Below, piece after piece: positions 13,201-21,076 of a stretch of 64,000 bases of DNA (position 1 is the stretch's first letter; each line of letters opens with the position of its first letter). The translations under genes were made by a program, and so were the position numbers. The stretch comes from an uncultured Clostridia bacterium (GTDB lineage: Bacteria; Bacillota; Clostridia; Christensenellales; UBA1242), in assembly GCA_944377455.1 (NCBI GenBank), contig CALWEZ010000001.1:4894-68893 (forward strand), given 5' to 3'. The notes beneath the pieces were generated by a model. It worked only from the letters and a program-made list of their open reading frames with translations. It made no database searches and was not told the DNA's origin.

Positions 13201-16200
13201 ATGGCGCCGAAGTTGGATATTATGAAATACTATCAGCGAGCGTTGAAGATGACAACTATCAAGTGGCAAACGTAACCGATAACAGCCCAGGTGGCGCATA
13301 CAGAATCACCCCTTCAAATGAGAGATATTATCTTCTCATAAGCACTGCCGATAAGATTGCTGGTGACGACAACGCCTGCCTTAACATGACGCTTAACTAC
13401 GACGGAATTTCTTACTCCACCTTAGAGTTTGTTGTCGACGAAGAGAATAGAAACTACAGAATCATTCTTCAAGATGCCACAGGTGACAATCAAGTTACAT
13501 ACACTTTGAGCCTATATTCCTATGACCAAGAAGAAAACATCTACACAAAAACCACGAATTTCGACGAAACGCTCTCGGCTGACCTTAGGCTTGCCACAGG
13601 CGTAAGTGCAAGAAATGTGGGCGAATACTCTGTCTACGCCGAGAACATTGAAAGCACCAACTTTGATGTCATTTTTGGTCAAACTGGCACACTTTCTTCC
13701 TATGTTGTTAGAGTTTTGCCTAAAGAGCTCACTTACAAGGTGACAGGAGTGTCAAAGACCTTCGATAACACCTATGCAGTTTTAAATTATGCCGACGCAA
13801 GCGAAATCTTAGACGGCATTGTTGCAGGTGATGAGTTGTCGTTGACATTGACGATGTATAACGGCGAAAATGTTGCAAGATATGTCGGCGAAAATTACAC
13901 TGTGGTTGCAACATTAGGAAACGGCTCGAACTATACAATCTCAGGCACAATTTCAGGTGCAATCACAAAAGCACCAGTCGGAATTTATGTTGCAAGCGTA
14001 ACAATAACCTATGGACAAACACCTACTTTCGATTATTTAATAGATTACGGCGACCTTGATTTGACCTACTACGACAGGAGTCAAATCAGTGTGGATATAG
14101 CGATTTTAAATGGCGAATATTCTAGTTCTAATCATCTAATTGCTAACGAATATGCGCTCTCTGCCACACTCAATGCTAACGACTTTGAAATAGGCTATTA
14201 TCTAGACAATAATTTTGAACAAGAAGATGTGCTTTCAGCCACTTTGACGGTTAATCCAAGGGCGCTATCCATCGCGCAAAAGGATGACACCTTGCTTCAA
14301 AGTGTGTTCTCGAAACTTTATGACGGAACGGATGAGATAGCAATTAGAGACGAGAACAGCGAACTTCTCTTCAATCTAAACAATGTGCTTGAAGGCGACA
14401 TTGTTGATGTGGAGAGCGCTCGATTTGCACAAACCGCTCCAGGCAATGGTATTGCTGTTATCTTCACTCTCACTGGTGAGGATATGGCAAACTATACGCT
14501 GGCTAATTATACTAGCGGTGAAATTAGACCGATTGTTGTTGAAATTGCTTACGATTATCAAGCGTCCGAAGGTGAAACGATTGTGCCAAATGTTGAAGAA
14601 GATAGATTGCTTAATGGCGTGAACTATCCATTCTCGTCGACAAACTATCTAACAGCGAACGCATCTGACAGCACTCGAAATGCCTTTCCAACCATGTTGA
14701 CAGGCAAAAATGGTTACACCTTCAATGGCTGGACGCTCAACTTAACTGCAGAGGAGAACACGCCAGAGTGGACATACTTAAATGATGTACTTACAAGGCT
14801 CAGTCTTAACTACACAACTAGCGCTGGTGTATATCGAATTTCTGTTGGAAACAATAGCTCAACGATAGCACTTCTTGACGAACTCCTCTCAAATGAAGAA
14901 GATTACTTTAACTTGTTTGAAAGCGAAGGCTCGGCACGCGTCACCTTCACTGCTAACTGGGTGGGAAATTCTTACTATCTAACTATTCATATGCAAGACG
15001 CAAATGGCGAAGATTTGGGCGGAAATTACAGCGCCTATGCCACGATTGAAATCGACGGAAATGCGATGATTTCGTCAATCTATCAAACAAGCGTAAATCA
15101 TGGCGACAGTGTGGAAATAGCCGTCAATCTCAATGACTACATTAGGATTGTTGGTGCATACGATGTTGCAACAGGCAAAGAATTTAGTTTTGACAACGTG
15201 GAACGAGTGGGCAATGTTGTGACCTACACGATTAATTCGGTTACTGCTGAATATAACATCGCCTTTAGGTTTAGATACGACAACATCTCCATCGTTTTAG
15301 ACCTACAGGGCTACAACGGCGAAGTGACATTTGATGACGACAGATTTGTGCCATTGACTGAAAATAGGTATGTGTTCACAACCTCATGTCAAAATCTTGC
15401 ATCTTCCACCTTGTTAGACTTGCCAGAGCTCTTTAGGTCTGGCTACAATCTCACTGGCTATCTATTCAATGGCGAAACAACTGTAAACGCCGATGATTTT
15501 AGTGACACATTGATTTTAACTTGTGCTGTCTTAACCGACAATGGTTATGAACTTACATATTCGCCAATCTTCGACGAGCTGAATATTGAAGTGACGCTAG
15601 ACTATAACTATAATAGTATAACGGAAACGATATTTGTTCCATTTAATGGCACATTTAATAGCGCTGTTGGCTGGGAAGAGACTCCGACAAGAGAAGGATA
15701 TAACTTTGTGAACTGGACAGACGAAAATGGGGTCGTTGTCACAGGCGAGAGCGTGCTTACAGACCCAGACGGCGTCACACTCACAGCGAACTGGAGCATA
15801 ATGCAGAACTACATCACACTCTCTCTTGATGAGAACTTGATACTCGCAAGTTCTAGCGTTGATATAACCTACGACAGAGAAAATGGTGTGTATATCTTTG
15901 ACGAACTTGACTATGGCGAAACTCTCACTTTCACTTTGCAGGTGGTAGACGGCTATCAAGTTGGTGAAATATCATATACTCAAGACGATGTTATCTTCGA
16001 AGATGTCGAATTTGAAAGGACAACGGATGGTGCGAATGTCACTTTCACAATGCCAGCACCTCCATATGTCAAGATGAGCGCTGTAAGTGCGGTAAGACAA
16101 AATAACGTTGTGGTAGACGGCGAACATTTCTCATTTACTGCAAATATCGATGGAACGCCGATTGAGATAGTGGACAATTCCTTTAGTGTTGACACAGATG

Positions 16201-19200
16201 TCATATTCACCTTAGATGTCACAATCGAAAGTGGCTATATCTTTGTTGGTGTGGAAACCAACAACGACGAAATCGGCATAGAGCAATCTATGAACGGCTC
16301 ACACCTAACTCTCATGGTCAGCGGTGTTAGAAGGGATACCGAGATTTCCATTCTTACCACCGAGCGTGAAAATGCCGTGACATTTAACTTTGATATTTCG
16401 GAGGCTATTAGCAGGCTTATCACAAATGACCAAACGAACACTGACAACATTGCCTATGTTCGCACTGGCGAAACCTTGACCGCTTACATCGGCTTAAATA
16501 GTGGCTATTTGATAAACGGAATCATCTTTGCCGATGCCGACGGAGAATCACAGCAAGTTGCATATAGTTTGGTGCAAGAAGAAGGCAATGCTTATAATGG
16601 TTACTATGAGTTCTCCATTGAAAATATCACGGCGGATGCCACGGTGAGCGTTGAGATAGGATATGTAACCTATGAAGTGACAACTGGCGTTTTGGTCTAT
16701 GACGAAAACGGCGAGATTGTTGAAGATGAGGATGTTTTAAACTTGTTCTCAACACTTGTCAATGGCGAGAGCTCAGTTATAGTGGAATATAGCTCTATGG
16801 TGACACTATCTTACACTTCTTCAACAACAGAATACAATTTTGCAGGCTGGTCACTTGACGGCTCAACCATCGTAAGTTCGGATAGTCCACTTGATATAAC
16901 AGTGACATCGAACACAACAGCCTATGCCATCTTTTCAAAAACACAATTTAGGGTGAATCTAAACTCTTATAGTTACTATGTTCTAAACGAGGAATATGGC
17001 GACAGCGAGTTAGAAGAAGAGGTTTATGATTTAATCTATGCACCATTCTACGATGAAGGTGTGGAAATCTATCAATCATACATCTACTATGGGTCCAGCA
17101 GAACGATAACTCTTCGCGTTCCAGACGGCTACACCTTCCTAGGCTATGGATATATCCTAAACGCTGAGTATAGTCAAGCAGAACTTGTGAGAGGCGACTT
17201 TGAATATGCCTATAGAAATCAAAGTGCAGAAAGAGAGATTGAGATAACACTTGACACGCTCTATATGCTCTCTCTTGGCTTTGGTGCAGACGGAAATAAC
17301 TTTGTGCCATTCTTCGTGGCATTGGCGCCAAACTCCATAGATTTCAACATAAGTTCTCACCTTGACTTTGACGGACTTATTGAAGACGACAATTTGGTTG
17401 CTGACATATCGCTTATCGGCTATGAAGATGGTGTAGCTGTCAACGTCAACGAATATGGCTATGTTACTGGCACGCTAAATCACTATAAAGATAACATAAC
17501 AGGCAACACTCAAAATTTCACAATAACCACAAACACAAATGGTGAGGTATATTTGAAGATAGGCACCTTGCGTTATGGCTACAATCTTTCAAGGGTTGTC
17601 TCTCAAAATGAAGCGCTTGTGTCGATACAATATGTTGGCGACATTGTGGAAGGCGACAAAACCTTTGCAATCTATAGGCTATATAACATCATAGGAAGCG
17701 TCAACGAACTTGATATAGATGTCTATTTCGAACCACAAAAGAGCATTATTGACATCAATTTTGTCAACGAAAATGGCGCGATTGTCTCTGGCGGAAGTCT
17801 CTTCCTTGACGTGACTGACGAGATGAGCGGAAAGGTTTGGGGAAATGGCTCCAATTTCTCAAGTCTCCAGGTTGTCGGCTTCACTGACACACACTTCTCG
17901 GTTGTTGCCTATGTTAGACTTGGTTTCATGATTGACATAAATGATGTCGAGCTCATATATGACAACGCAAATCTCACTATAAGCGACATAGTGGCATACC
18001 AACTAGACTTTGCTGAAAACAACTATAACTATGTCATCTACTTTAATGTCAGTGGCGTGCAGAACGGCACCACAATCTCCATTAGTTTACAGCCTCAAAC
18101 CTACCGCGTTGTTTTAAATGATATTTCGCTTGACAATCCAGTTGTTGCAGTGATTGACAATGTTAAATTCCATGAGACTCTTGATTTAAGCAGTGCGAAC
18201 AGCGCAAATATAACTTCAAGTTTGGGCTACGAAAACGGCATGCTCAACATCGTTCAATCTAAAACTGACTATGATTTTGGCGGATATTTCACATATGCAG
18301 GCGGACGCGGAATTCAATACATCAACTCGACTGGTCAAGCGCTGAGGGAATTCTTAGAGACTGGATATATCTTAAATGAAAGCACAGGAAGATACGAACT
18401 TAGTGACAACGCCTACATCGACACCGACGGCGTTATGACGATAAATCTCTATCTATACTGGTCATATCTAAAGACGCAAATCACCTTCTCAATCACGCCA
18501 AACATTCGTGCAAACATAACTGCACAAGATTTGGTGGAGGGCGAAAATTCGGCAAACTCATGGTTCAATGAGGATATGCCACTCTATATTGAGGTGGCGT
18601 TCAACACAAACATCACCTTGACCGCACCAGAGATAGAGGGCTATAGGTTCTATAAGTTTGTCATCAAGCAAAGAGATGCAAACAACAATCAACTGGCAGA
18701 TGTTGTAAGTTTCAGTAATGACCTTCCATGGTCGACCAATGTGCGCGATAGAATTGTGGAGATGACGATTGAGGTCTACTATTTTGCAAGAGTCAATGTT
18801 TCGCTTTCTGGCGGAGAGATGGAATATCAAATCACTCAAAATTGCGATGATATGTATGCTCAAGAACTTGTAAACGAAGGCTATGTCGACACCACCAAGG
18901 AATTCACTTTAACTGCACTTGAGTCCTCTGGCTATGATTTCAATTACTGGTATAAGGTTTCCACGCAACAAAGATACAGCACTCCATCATTCACCGACCA
19001 GATAAGCACCTATTCAAACTACATCTTGGCAGTGCAAGGCAAACGTGTGACATTGAGTTTCAGCGAGTATAACGCAACATCTGGATATATCTCGACCATG
19101 CTTGTTAGAAACATCTCCAACATCCAAACAAGCGTTTCGCTTGGACATTTAAACAACAACACCTTTGTCAAAGATGTCTATGAATATGATGTCAGAGTTG

Positions 19201-20177
19201 GAGACACCGTCACATTTATGGTGAGAGCTGACTATGGCTTCGGCGTAAGTTGGAATTTAGATGGAATTGAACTAGATCGCATTGCAAATCAATATCTCTA
19301 TTTCGTAATGGATATAACGGGTGATATGGCAGAGACAACCGTTTCGGTAATTCCTGAATTTATCGGCGAAAGCATGGCAATCTATGTCAATAAGTCCTTT
19401 GCTGAGAAGGATGTCATTGAAAACGCCACCGATGGTAACGATGCGAACTATGCTGGCTATGTTTCCTATGGTGGCAGGGCGATGGATGTCATCTTGCGTG
19501 ATTTAGGCGACGATTTAACCTTGAATATCGTTGTCAATGCTCGCTATAACATCACAAACCTTGAGTTTATCAACTACTATGGTCAGACCATCAATGCTAT
19601 GGAGTATTACGACAGCGAAAGTGGCACGCTGTATCTCACACGTGAAGAGATAGACCAAAATTATCTCGCTGGCACAATCGGACTTAACCTTGAATTTGAA
19701 AGACTCTACTTCGAGTTTGCTGAGACTGACGAGCAAGGCACAGGCACTTCGAACGACCCATATCTCATCTACACCATTGAAGATTTAACATATTACATGA
19801 ACAAAATCAACAGCGGTGCAATCAACGAAGATGGGCGCTTTTATGAACTTGCAAGTTATCGCGTTATGGCAGACCTTGTGCTAAACGAAAAATTCTGGAC
19901 GCCAATCGGCACAACCGAACATCCATTTAACGGCACTTTCAATTTCAACGGACATATAATTTCAAGCATCTATCTAGCCGAATACTACAATCCAACAAGT
20001 TACGGCGGACTATTTGGTGTGATAGGTTATAATGCAAGAATTTATCGAAACGAAGAAAGTCGTTGGTATATCTTCATCATCATAATTATCATAATAATTC
20101 TTCTAATTCTATTGATTATTCTTCTCATCTACAACAAGAAAAAGAAGGAAAAGCGAGAGGAATTGAACACTAAATAG
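1272..20177 (+). CDS. Giant (6301 aa) secreted, C-terminally membrane-anchored mosaic surface/adhesin-like protein
   Basis: Uninterrupted 18.9-kb ORF with RBS AGAGG. N-terminal Sec-type signal peptide (MKVKSLLISLLLIFGGSIGAFALSLPALSTQA). Contains GLUG-type modules, Listeria-Bacteroides (Flg_new-like) repeats, MBG/YDG-type repeats and a C-terminal poly-Ile TM followed by a KKKK stop-transfer. Confidence 0.9.
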   Translation: MKVKSLLISLLLIFGGSIGAFALSLPALSTQAVSVDASVWDGTYATSVNTDDVDILGFNSAGNETSLSSATTIRIYTAKGFSYFAGQVNNGTTYANRTIYLECDIDLNNQSWTPIGGSTTYFMGTFDGNNNTIYNLRNNSSYSTFGLFARVEGEIQDVNLVGVDISYSGTLSSSQYVGAIAGELHGGSVVGVSVKGSVNSSAYSSLSYVGGLVGYAHDAGNSDNDTSSPAIIENSVNYASVSGVSNVGGLVGYAYGDVRIETSANLGDVSNNRNSSTSSINIGGLVGRENSTTGKYLRITNAFNNGDITLVASTNNVDVRAGGLLGSSDSVRSGSTLANYFKFQYVYNGGDFSVTGYSSASNRSVYIGGLVGFADSPIDVFTDDYLISYSFNVGNLVSVDNSSSFSNLGSRFHFREIIATTLSQNVALGVSQNDVFYDYDAPYQVFYTSSIYNDLTNLIRVTHLDGRATSYEFLSTAPDKTDGVYGVNFDFYDGTDGYWLLSETVNEGLPYLYTASNTEDANEDWDTTLVGEWEGDGTLASPYLIYTAEDLALVADNYNAGAYSETSVTYFSLQNDIDLSSRAWEPIGVNNYSFKNAVFDGNGHTISGINCSLQVDYNQSVGLFGTIENAVVRNVIIEDFRFVGSAMTSINRATLVGSAVNSYIINCVDNTGYVYDDLTGSAVRTIATASSSYLIYGQNNISGGSYTNGMTNISSSTSRALRVGVETFLNTEGGLVYDEVLSTENRAITPHLGDGRFVMVDNSVVSVTLDSSINLYDTTYMSSLPVDTIEAYEDDDYNNSFYIVKEGYKIVEDGYTCGGALLSNLSGTNSWTDLINLGITAVWESAEDVEFKVYYNSYERYWHTVARTDGAVNYAGVEGADGTVDATYDHENDKFVTINMPYNTFNSMAGLQEELTEVVGGLERENFEIAGVYETFENGIYGGTDLISSEQSNAGFFYNTNGEYFLKWQGTDNNAYVITINFADTAFSNVGGYADRFDWNEAIDTITINYYSTGNNGLLSVVESQTFDASKVIDGQFRYNYSTDAVDEYFEYIEIQVELKFGFTYDMATYSNYFSGPSNIAGNDDYATYVETYGSAYVISPTGITDWNVQNRQEVASYRFGQAVGDVELDLKIARSSNSFTLNLGEGVYYALALPSEISNSGFFEIFTGEGDDGYVTLQEYNEYFFSNIGNTGFVFGLNMFDNYMLSTARTFDMESTTNYINFNNDTNFEYLLVRLYFPENTQGSQYEYYLYEFGEIMNDNVETLTQTLYLVEPVESATTRQTTGLLTYNGYTFRVLDRIASIERESDAVPNENGSLDYQVNFYTNQEFGLIFSTENSDNYMVEYAGQRDSTFEVLMPVENIQNDNLQKIYYDFSRAKENGDNFYSVSVFLGASSDAEGIIEIAQQRITAKVSIQFVDENGNILEGTEDMPLPTIYLSLNGMGVPDQDVGRWTRYTEGSQITISPLSSKSMSLRIVNNEYYQWTYRQDNQESTAVRFSEFSGQANGAYEDDGTAGTLDSQLYLNITRDGSLFDAEGHPYDYEELNQGSHFYNYFAVNEPVDSSEAILGVTGLIYESERTAFDFLMLYNESEVASSGRLQYLPNYDFVLTFVLKNVDYSVNIETKYRQTTDGELYDDNTNKSEVWTEETSGAVVDLGADSSFGVRTYSAEVSTRSARANSTSGYTFAGFQIVTDNDDAVVSEYISHDTEAKFESMISFLEDYSDYLEFDSGKDSYTVDIQAIYLSNTINYEASGSGDLTNITDGRTIIENYNGTDAIRYLSQGISESRGLSYGTYYYGNSAMGNIDDLGAGDFTFEMNEYYSNRYTFTGVALMDETNYLLAGGNYDESLYLAKFDATTYPEQVTISNSGLNTISADGDLVKNYLKDNIGSLSGQTIYIVPIVEQKTLLVSVTSGASTDEIVYDIDGNETTNNEVQLVFYYNTATNVEFDKEYLKTKENEYESYYLVSTQDSVILNEYFSKKQGHQVNGWVVYNSDETETTPIFISYYRLDENYFTSQYADESGEADYRVHIERNYTPNTYYINYSSGDERVVGSDIYGIATGSTTSTLALVNSETQIATNGFSITGYTFTNWNTNIDGTGRSFEAGEVVDENLCTGDDGDTSITLYAQWEAKNYSVEIVFNGGTYSDEESLVLNNITYNTTLSALSDIVPTRAGFTFDGFYTMSPTGIKSDFYLVDENTYLNSSVYGFNDVENNVALTIYATWRYTGDVTFTIDDNSRTYAYTGENISTPISSYVLNGTNLEFSYDDEFTISSAYTDVAVSYEFSGAIFDGNNIVLGSNNVGTYYVYINLTLTDESEFYPTGEIATLQGEFVFIIEQANIDYTYSSDYSLYYENIKYLVSLIEAEEEIERVNGYGSFTNMMNSLKGDGVVDDYATINNTYEYLFMKYFNMINTRVNSVENYETFMKFRNWTYDDYLSYYENAFYFSNGDDVGDEELSNLTGVRATRASVLASAFLLSYDVNNIIRSAVLYGDDASGIYSASQFVLTSPTAVNVASEIQIDSIEVISSNNMRTNSSYEVRAYLSASSNASLNNYNLQFITENGNNRYYISLPNAYMLLQVLKLENNSLVQSTFYNINATEIQVEYAGSSQDTYLHVLDRLTYTQLEENSNLYINLQLTTSNIGNSDHDTVYNFYIPENHFNFSSYQVLSVVNDLATNVTSDVNLILSEDFSYTIYNVNETAQITINPRLLTKVDGFTDVIDVDEQFYENLFSVTSFTYSLDGIDEITVENSQGLTDGRYFSEDGGVLLFEITNNNSGAPVIISTEPLTSIVIQVATRLGQYIRLIDIGQTETTSFEGDGIRSTGEYVFDLSETSNEIEYIEGVVTEVDYHAAFSDLVRVVTDYNLPSNNNQMLSYLQLAVDTSEDIIFPYESYLSCETLNYVSSDGSEAVYTTIFTGANGTYVGVTDNVFEQVNLKAYWGIGDVMPASLGVTYRQSVGTLESVASYDVGVFSSANSEYFTYNYEMVYTGVDGDLNEVVAQSDNINRLIYYLDNGGTLNDNGLYQIRITITMKEEYRYILSNPEDFEIVNSDVVFEIDLQPIHIVGIEYVGEDEIEYDAQDHTNSFSLNVSYLMYDASIDGYDSEDVQSVSYVYNQEGLFDITINRDSSVVTSMVNVGEYSIDFTIDESYYLFDGEVTTNFIANIVPCTIDLKVEDINLSKKFNMTDPILQHTISINGETLQFNLLRDGGEDIGNYNLYLNSNNGFVCSNLATNYQIVYGDVVLYDGTLQNLTTQVGLFTITASDTLRLSWTGGNIVVNYSADGYKLQIADGQVVAYAGDAETARRTLTVYDVATGEYVSSNLSLIEELLNYDNLTLMLYNSSSLETVYDSAIYEIRVVVKEDAEISNYYNNIIFDEAYVFEILPVQVDISDSTRFSFNKDYDGNNTLRVDLNGDVVGENYEGVYILATFATYHAGENIRVSLSLGATEGYNANNYSLSSSTARGTISKRDAIINVSARYDEGEDSYTYGELSRTNLAENLNISVLSLDGTQDLTDIFYLSTYTLNLDLENANANRLGFYYQGSYSVRIVSSSFADFNIETINGDNVTISPYTFNLSLPENYITITTVDVVSTYSDTQTYALTGDVITLSYRPVGLTQGELGAEGQYDLELNGSNSFIEGSIIVNLSAIDSFQIVATEEIIFLRFNDEKLLNLDYNGYTYNMSVEGNNFVIKNANNSSVNIPFTLYRKTGAGDEQFAGAVISVIICINNDARSFRDAGSYRLNLQVEAEGAVNFAFYDNYFINVSPIEINTTNLNLTKTYDGTNRLENIDFAERVDDGVVSDDVSITAVFASSQVGEGIDATLYLIGTSAGNYRFVDDNDQAVGNIVRANATIALASESYTYGSIMADSTFLYVVTSNERTVSTTEYSVSSTIQNGEYSSGGYLVVGGYSLALSITSNNYNISPTSLTFSVTPFSLNFTFTTDGVYRTSYGSDESHENTFVRDYSTIFGDTIDVTFTRENGAEVGYYEILSASVEDDNYQVANVTDNSPGGAYRITPSNERYYLLISTADKIAGDDNACLNMTLNYDGISYSTLEFVVDEENRNYRIILQDATGDNQVTYTLSLYSYDQEENIYTKTTNFDETLSADLRLATGVSARNVGEYSVYAENIESTNFDVIFGQTGTLSSYVVRVLPKELTYKVTGVSKTFDNTYAVLNYADASEILDGIVAGDELSLTLTMYNGENVARYVGENYTVVATLGNGSNYTISGTISGAITKAPVGIYVASVTITYGQTPTFDYLIDYGDLDLTYYDRSQISVDIAILNGEYSSSNHLIANEYALSATLNANDFEIGYYLDNNFEQEDVLSATLTVNPRALSIAQKDDTLLQSVFSKLYDGTDEIAIRDENSELLFNLNNVLEGDIVDVESARFAQTAPGNGIAVIFTLTGEDMANYTLANYTSGEIRPIVVEIAYDYQASEGETIVPNVEEDRLLNGVNYPFSSTNYLTANASDSTRNAFPTMLTGKNGYTFNGWTLNLTAEENTPEWTYLNDVLTRLSLNYTTSAGVYRISVGNNSSTIALLDELLSNEEDYFNLFESEGSARVTFTANWVGNSYYLTIHMQDANGEDLGGNYSAYATIEIDGNAMISSIYQTSVNHGDSVEIAVNLNDYIRIVGAYDVATGKEFSFDNVERVGNVVTYTINSVTAEYNIAFRFRYDNISIVLDLQGYNGEVTFDDDRFVPLTENRYVFTTSCQNLASSTLLDLPELFRSGYNLTGYLFNGETTVNADDFSDTLILTCAVLTDNGYELTYSPIFDELNIEVTLDYNYNSITETIFVPFNGTFNSAVGWEETPTREGYNFVNWTDENGVVVTGESVLTDPDGVTLTANWSIMQNYITLSLDENLILASSSVDITYDRENGVYIFDELDYGETLTFTLQVVDGYQVGEISYTQDDVIFEDVEFERTTDGANVTFTMPAPPYVKMSAVSAVRQNNVVVDGEHFSFTANIDGTPIEIVDNSFSVDTDVIFTLDVTIESGYIFVGVETNNDEIGIEQSMNGSHLTLMVSGVRRDTEISILTTERENAVTFNFDISEAISRLITNDQTNTDNIAYVRTGETLTAYIGLNSGYLINGIIFADADGESQQVAYSLVQEEGNAYNGYYEFSIENITADATVSVEIGYVTYEVTTGVLVYDENGEIVEDEDVLNLFSTLVNGESSVIVEYSSMVTLSYTSSTTEYNFAGWSLDGSTIVSSDSPLDITVTSNTTAYAIFSKTQFRVNLNSYSYYVLNEEYGDSELEEEVYDLIYAPFYDEGVEIYQSYIYYGSSRTITLRVPDGYTFLGYGYILNAEYSQAELVRGDFEYAYRNQSAEREIEITLDTLYMLSLGFGADGNNFVPFFVALAPNSIDFNISSHLDFDGLIEDDNLVADISLIGYEDGVAVNVNEYGYVTGTLNHYKDNITGNTQNFTITTNTNGEVYLKIGTLRYGYNLSRVVSQNEALVSIQYVGDIVEGDKTFAIYRLYNIIGSVNELDIDVYFEPQKSIIDINFVNENGAIVSGGSLFLDVTDEMSGKVWGNGSNFSSLQVVGFTDTHFSVVAYVRLGFMIDINDVELIYDNANLTISDIVAYQLDFAENNYNYVIYFNVSGVQNGTTISISLQPQTYRVVLNDISLDNPVVAVIDNVKFHETLDLSSANSANITSSLGYENGMLNIVQSKTDYDFGGYFTYAGGRGIQYINSTGQALREFLETGYILNESTGRYELSDNAYIDTDGVMTINLYLYWSYLKTQITFSITPNIRANITAQDLVEGENSANSWFNEDMPLYIEVAFNTNITLTAPEIEGYRFYKFVIKQRDANNNQLADVVSFSNDLPWSTNVRDRIVEMTIEVYYFARVNVSLSGGEMEYQITQNCDDMYAQELVNEGYVDTTKEFTLTALESSGYDFNYWYKVSTQQRYSTPSFTDQISTYSNYILAVQGKRVTLSFSEYNATSGYISTMLVRNISNIQTSVSLGHLNNNTFVKDVYEYDVRVGDTVTFMVRADYGFGVSWNLDGIELDRIANQYLYFVMDITGDMAETTVSVIPEFIGESMAIYVNKSFAEKDVIENATDGNDANYAGYVSYGGRAMDVILRDLGDDLTLNIVVNARYNITNLEFINYYGQTINAMEYYDSESGTLYLTREEIDQNYLAGTIGLNLEFERLYFEFAETDEQGTGTSNDPYLIYTIEDLTYYMNKINSGAINEDGRFYELASYRVMADLVLNEKFWTPIGTTEHPFNGTFNFNGHIISSIYLAEYYNPTSYGGLFGVIGYNARIYRNEESRWYIFIIIIIIIILLILLIILLIYNKKKKEKREELNTK
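1380..2400 (+). other. N-terminal GLUG-motif module of the giant protein
   Basis: WTPIGG..F.GTFDGNNNTIYNL core, followed by reiterated (Y/N)(V/I)GGLVG(Y/F/R) motifs at about nt 1898, 2010, 2114, 2232 and 2371. Related cores recur at about 2870-3260 and 19735-20040 (DPYLIYT.EDL...W.PIG...F.G.F.GNGH.IS). Confidence 0.6.
7378..7940 (+). other. Listeria-Bacteroides repeat (Flg_new-like) units inside the giant protein
   Basis: YINYSSG...GYTFTNWNTNIDGTGRSFEAGE...TLYAQWEAKNYSVEIVFNGGT...RAGFTFDGFYT...LTIYATW. This is the classic G(Y/F)(T/N)F.GW...F......(L/I)YA.W periodicity. Further single units lie near 14690, 15690 and 18270. Confidence 0.65.
10400..14550 (+). other. Block of MBG/YDG-type repeats inside the giant protein
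   Basis: Recurrent pattern of about 90-100 aa: (I/L).P..(I/L)......K.YDG(T/N)......GD.(V/L)......F......G......L.G..A.NY......G.I. Examples: NKDYDGNNTL...NANNYSL, LTKTYDGTNRL...SAGNYRF, SKLYDGTDEI...MANYTLANYTSGEI. Confidence 0.55.
20064..20132 (+). other. C-terminal transmembrane tail anchor of the giant protein
   Basis: WYIFIIIIIIIILLILLIILLIY followed by NKKKKEKREELNTK and the stop. No LPXTG-like sortase signal precedes it. Confidence 0.8.
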
Positions 20178-20221
20178 GATAATTAAACATCAAGATAAAT
20201 ATAATAAAACAAGGAGGCAAC

Positions 20222-20983
20222 ATGTCCATTTTCCTTGTTTTATTTTTTATGGGTCTAGTGCAAGGGCTGACCGAATTTTTGCCAGTCTCTTCCAGCGGAC
20301 ATTTGGTGCTAATATCGAACATCTTTGGCGTGGAAGAGAGTTTGTTTTTATCTATCATTCTTCATGTTGCCACACTTTTTTCAATATTTGTCATCTTTTG
20401 GAAGGACATCTATGAGCTTATCAGGCATCCGCTTTCTAACAAAACAATCATGCTTGTTGTCGCCACCATACCAACTTGCATTATTGTGCTTTTACTTATG
20501 CCGATAATTAAATCGTCCTTTGGTGGCGAATTTTTGCCGATAGCCTTTTTAATAACGGCGGTGCTTTTAGTTGTAACTGAACTTATATCTAAGCATAAAA
20601 AAGGAAAAGAAATCTCATACAAAACGGCTTTAGTTATGGGTATTGCTCAGGGTTTTGCTGTGTTTCCAGGCATCTCTCGCTCAGGCACAACGATTTGTGC
20701 TGGGATTCTATCTAACGGAGACAAAAAGGAAGCGACCAAATTTTCCTTTCTCATGAGCATACCGATAATTCTTCTGTCGCTTGTCATGGAAATATATGAA
20801 GCAGTAACTATAGGAATAAACATCTCCTATCCAATCTCTGCCATCATCCTATCTTCTATAATTGCCTTCTTAAGTGGAATATTCGCCATAAAATTCATGC
20901 TGAAACTGACTGAAAAGGGCAAGCTTTGGTGGTTTTCGTGCTATTTACTATTACTAAGTTTAGTCACATTTTTTGTTGTGTAA
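20222..20983 (+). CDS. uppP: Undecaprenyl-diphosphate phosphatase (BacA/UppP)
   Basis: GLVQGLTEFLPVSSSGHL and PGISRSGTTI motifs in a polytopic membrane protein. RBS AAGGAGG. Lies 44 nt after the giant-gene stop with no terminator between them. Confidence 0.9.
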   Translation: MSIFLVLFFMGLVQGLTEFLPVSSSGHLVLISNIFGVEESLFLSIILHVATLFSIFVIFWKDIYELIRHPLSNKTIMLVVATIPTCIIVLLLMPIIKSSFGGEFLPIAFLITAVLLVVTELISKHKKGKEISYKTALVMGIAQGFAVFPGISRSGTTICAGILSNGDKKEATKFSFLMSIPIILLSLVMEIYEAVTIGINISYPISAIILSSIIAFLSGIFAIKFMLKLTEKGKLWWFSCYLLLLSLVTFFVV

Positions 20984-21076
20984 AATTTTTCTCTTTAACA
21001 AATTTTTAAAATTAGGAATATAAAATAAATGGCATAAACTTTGCTTTTCTTCACATATACATCCTTGTATAAAAGG

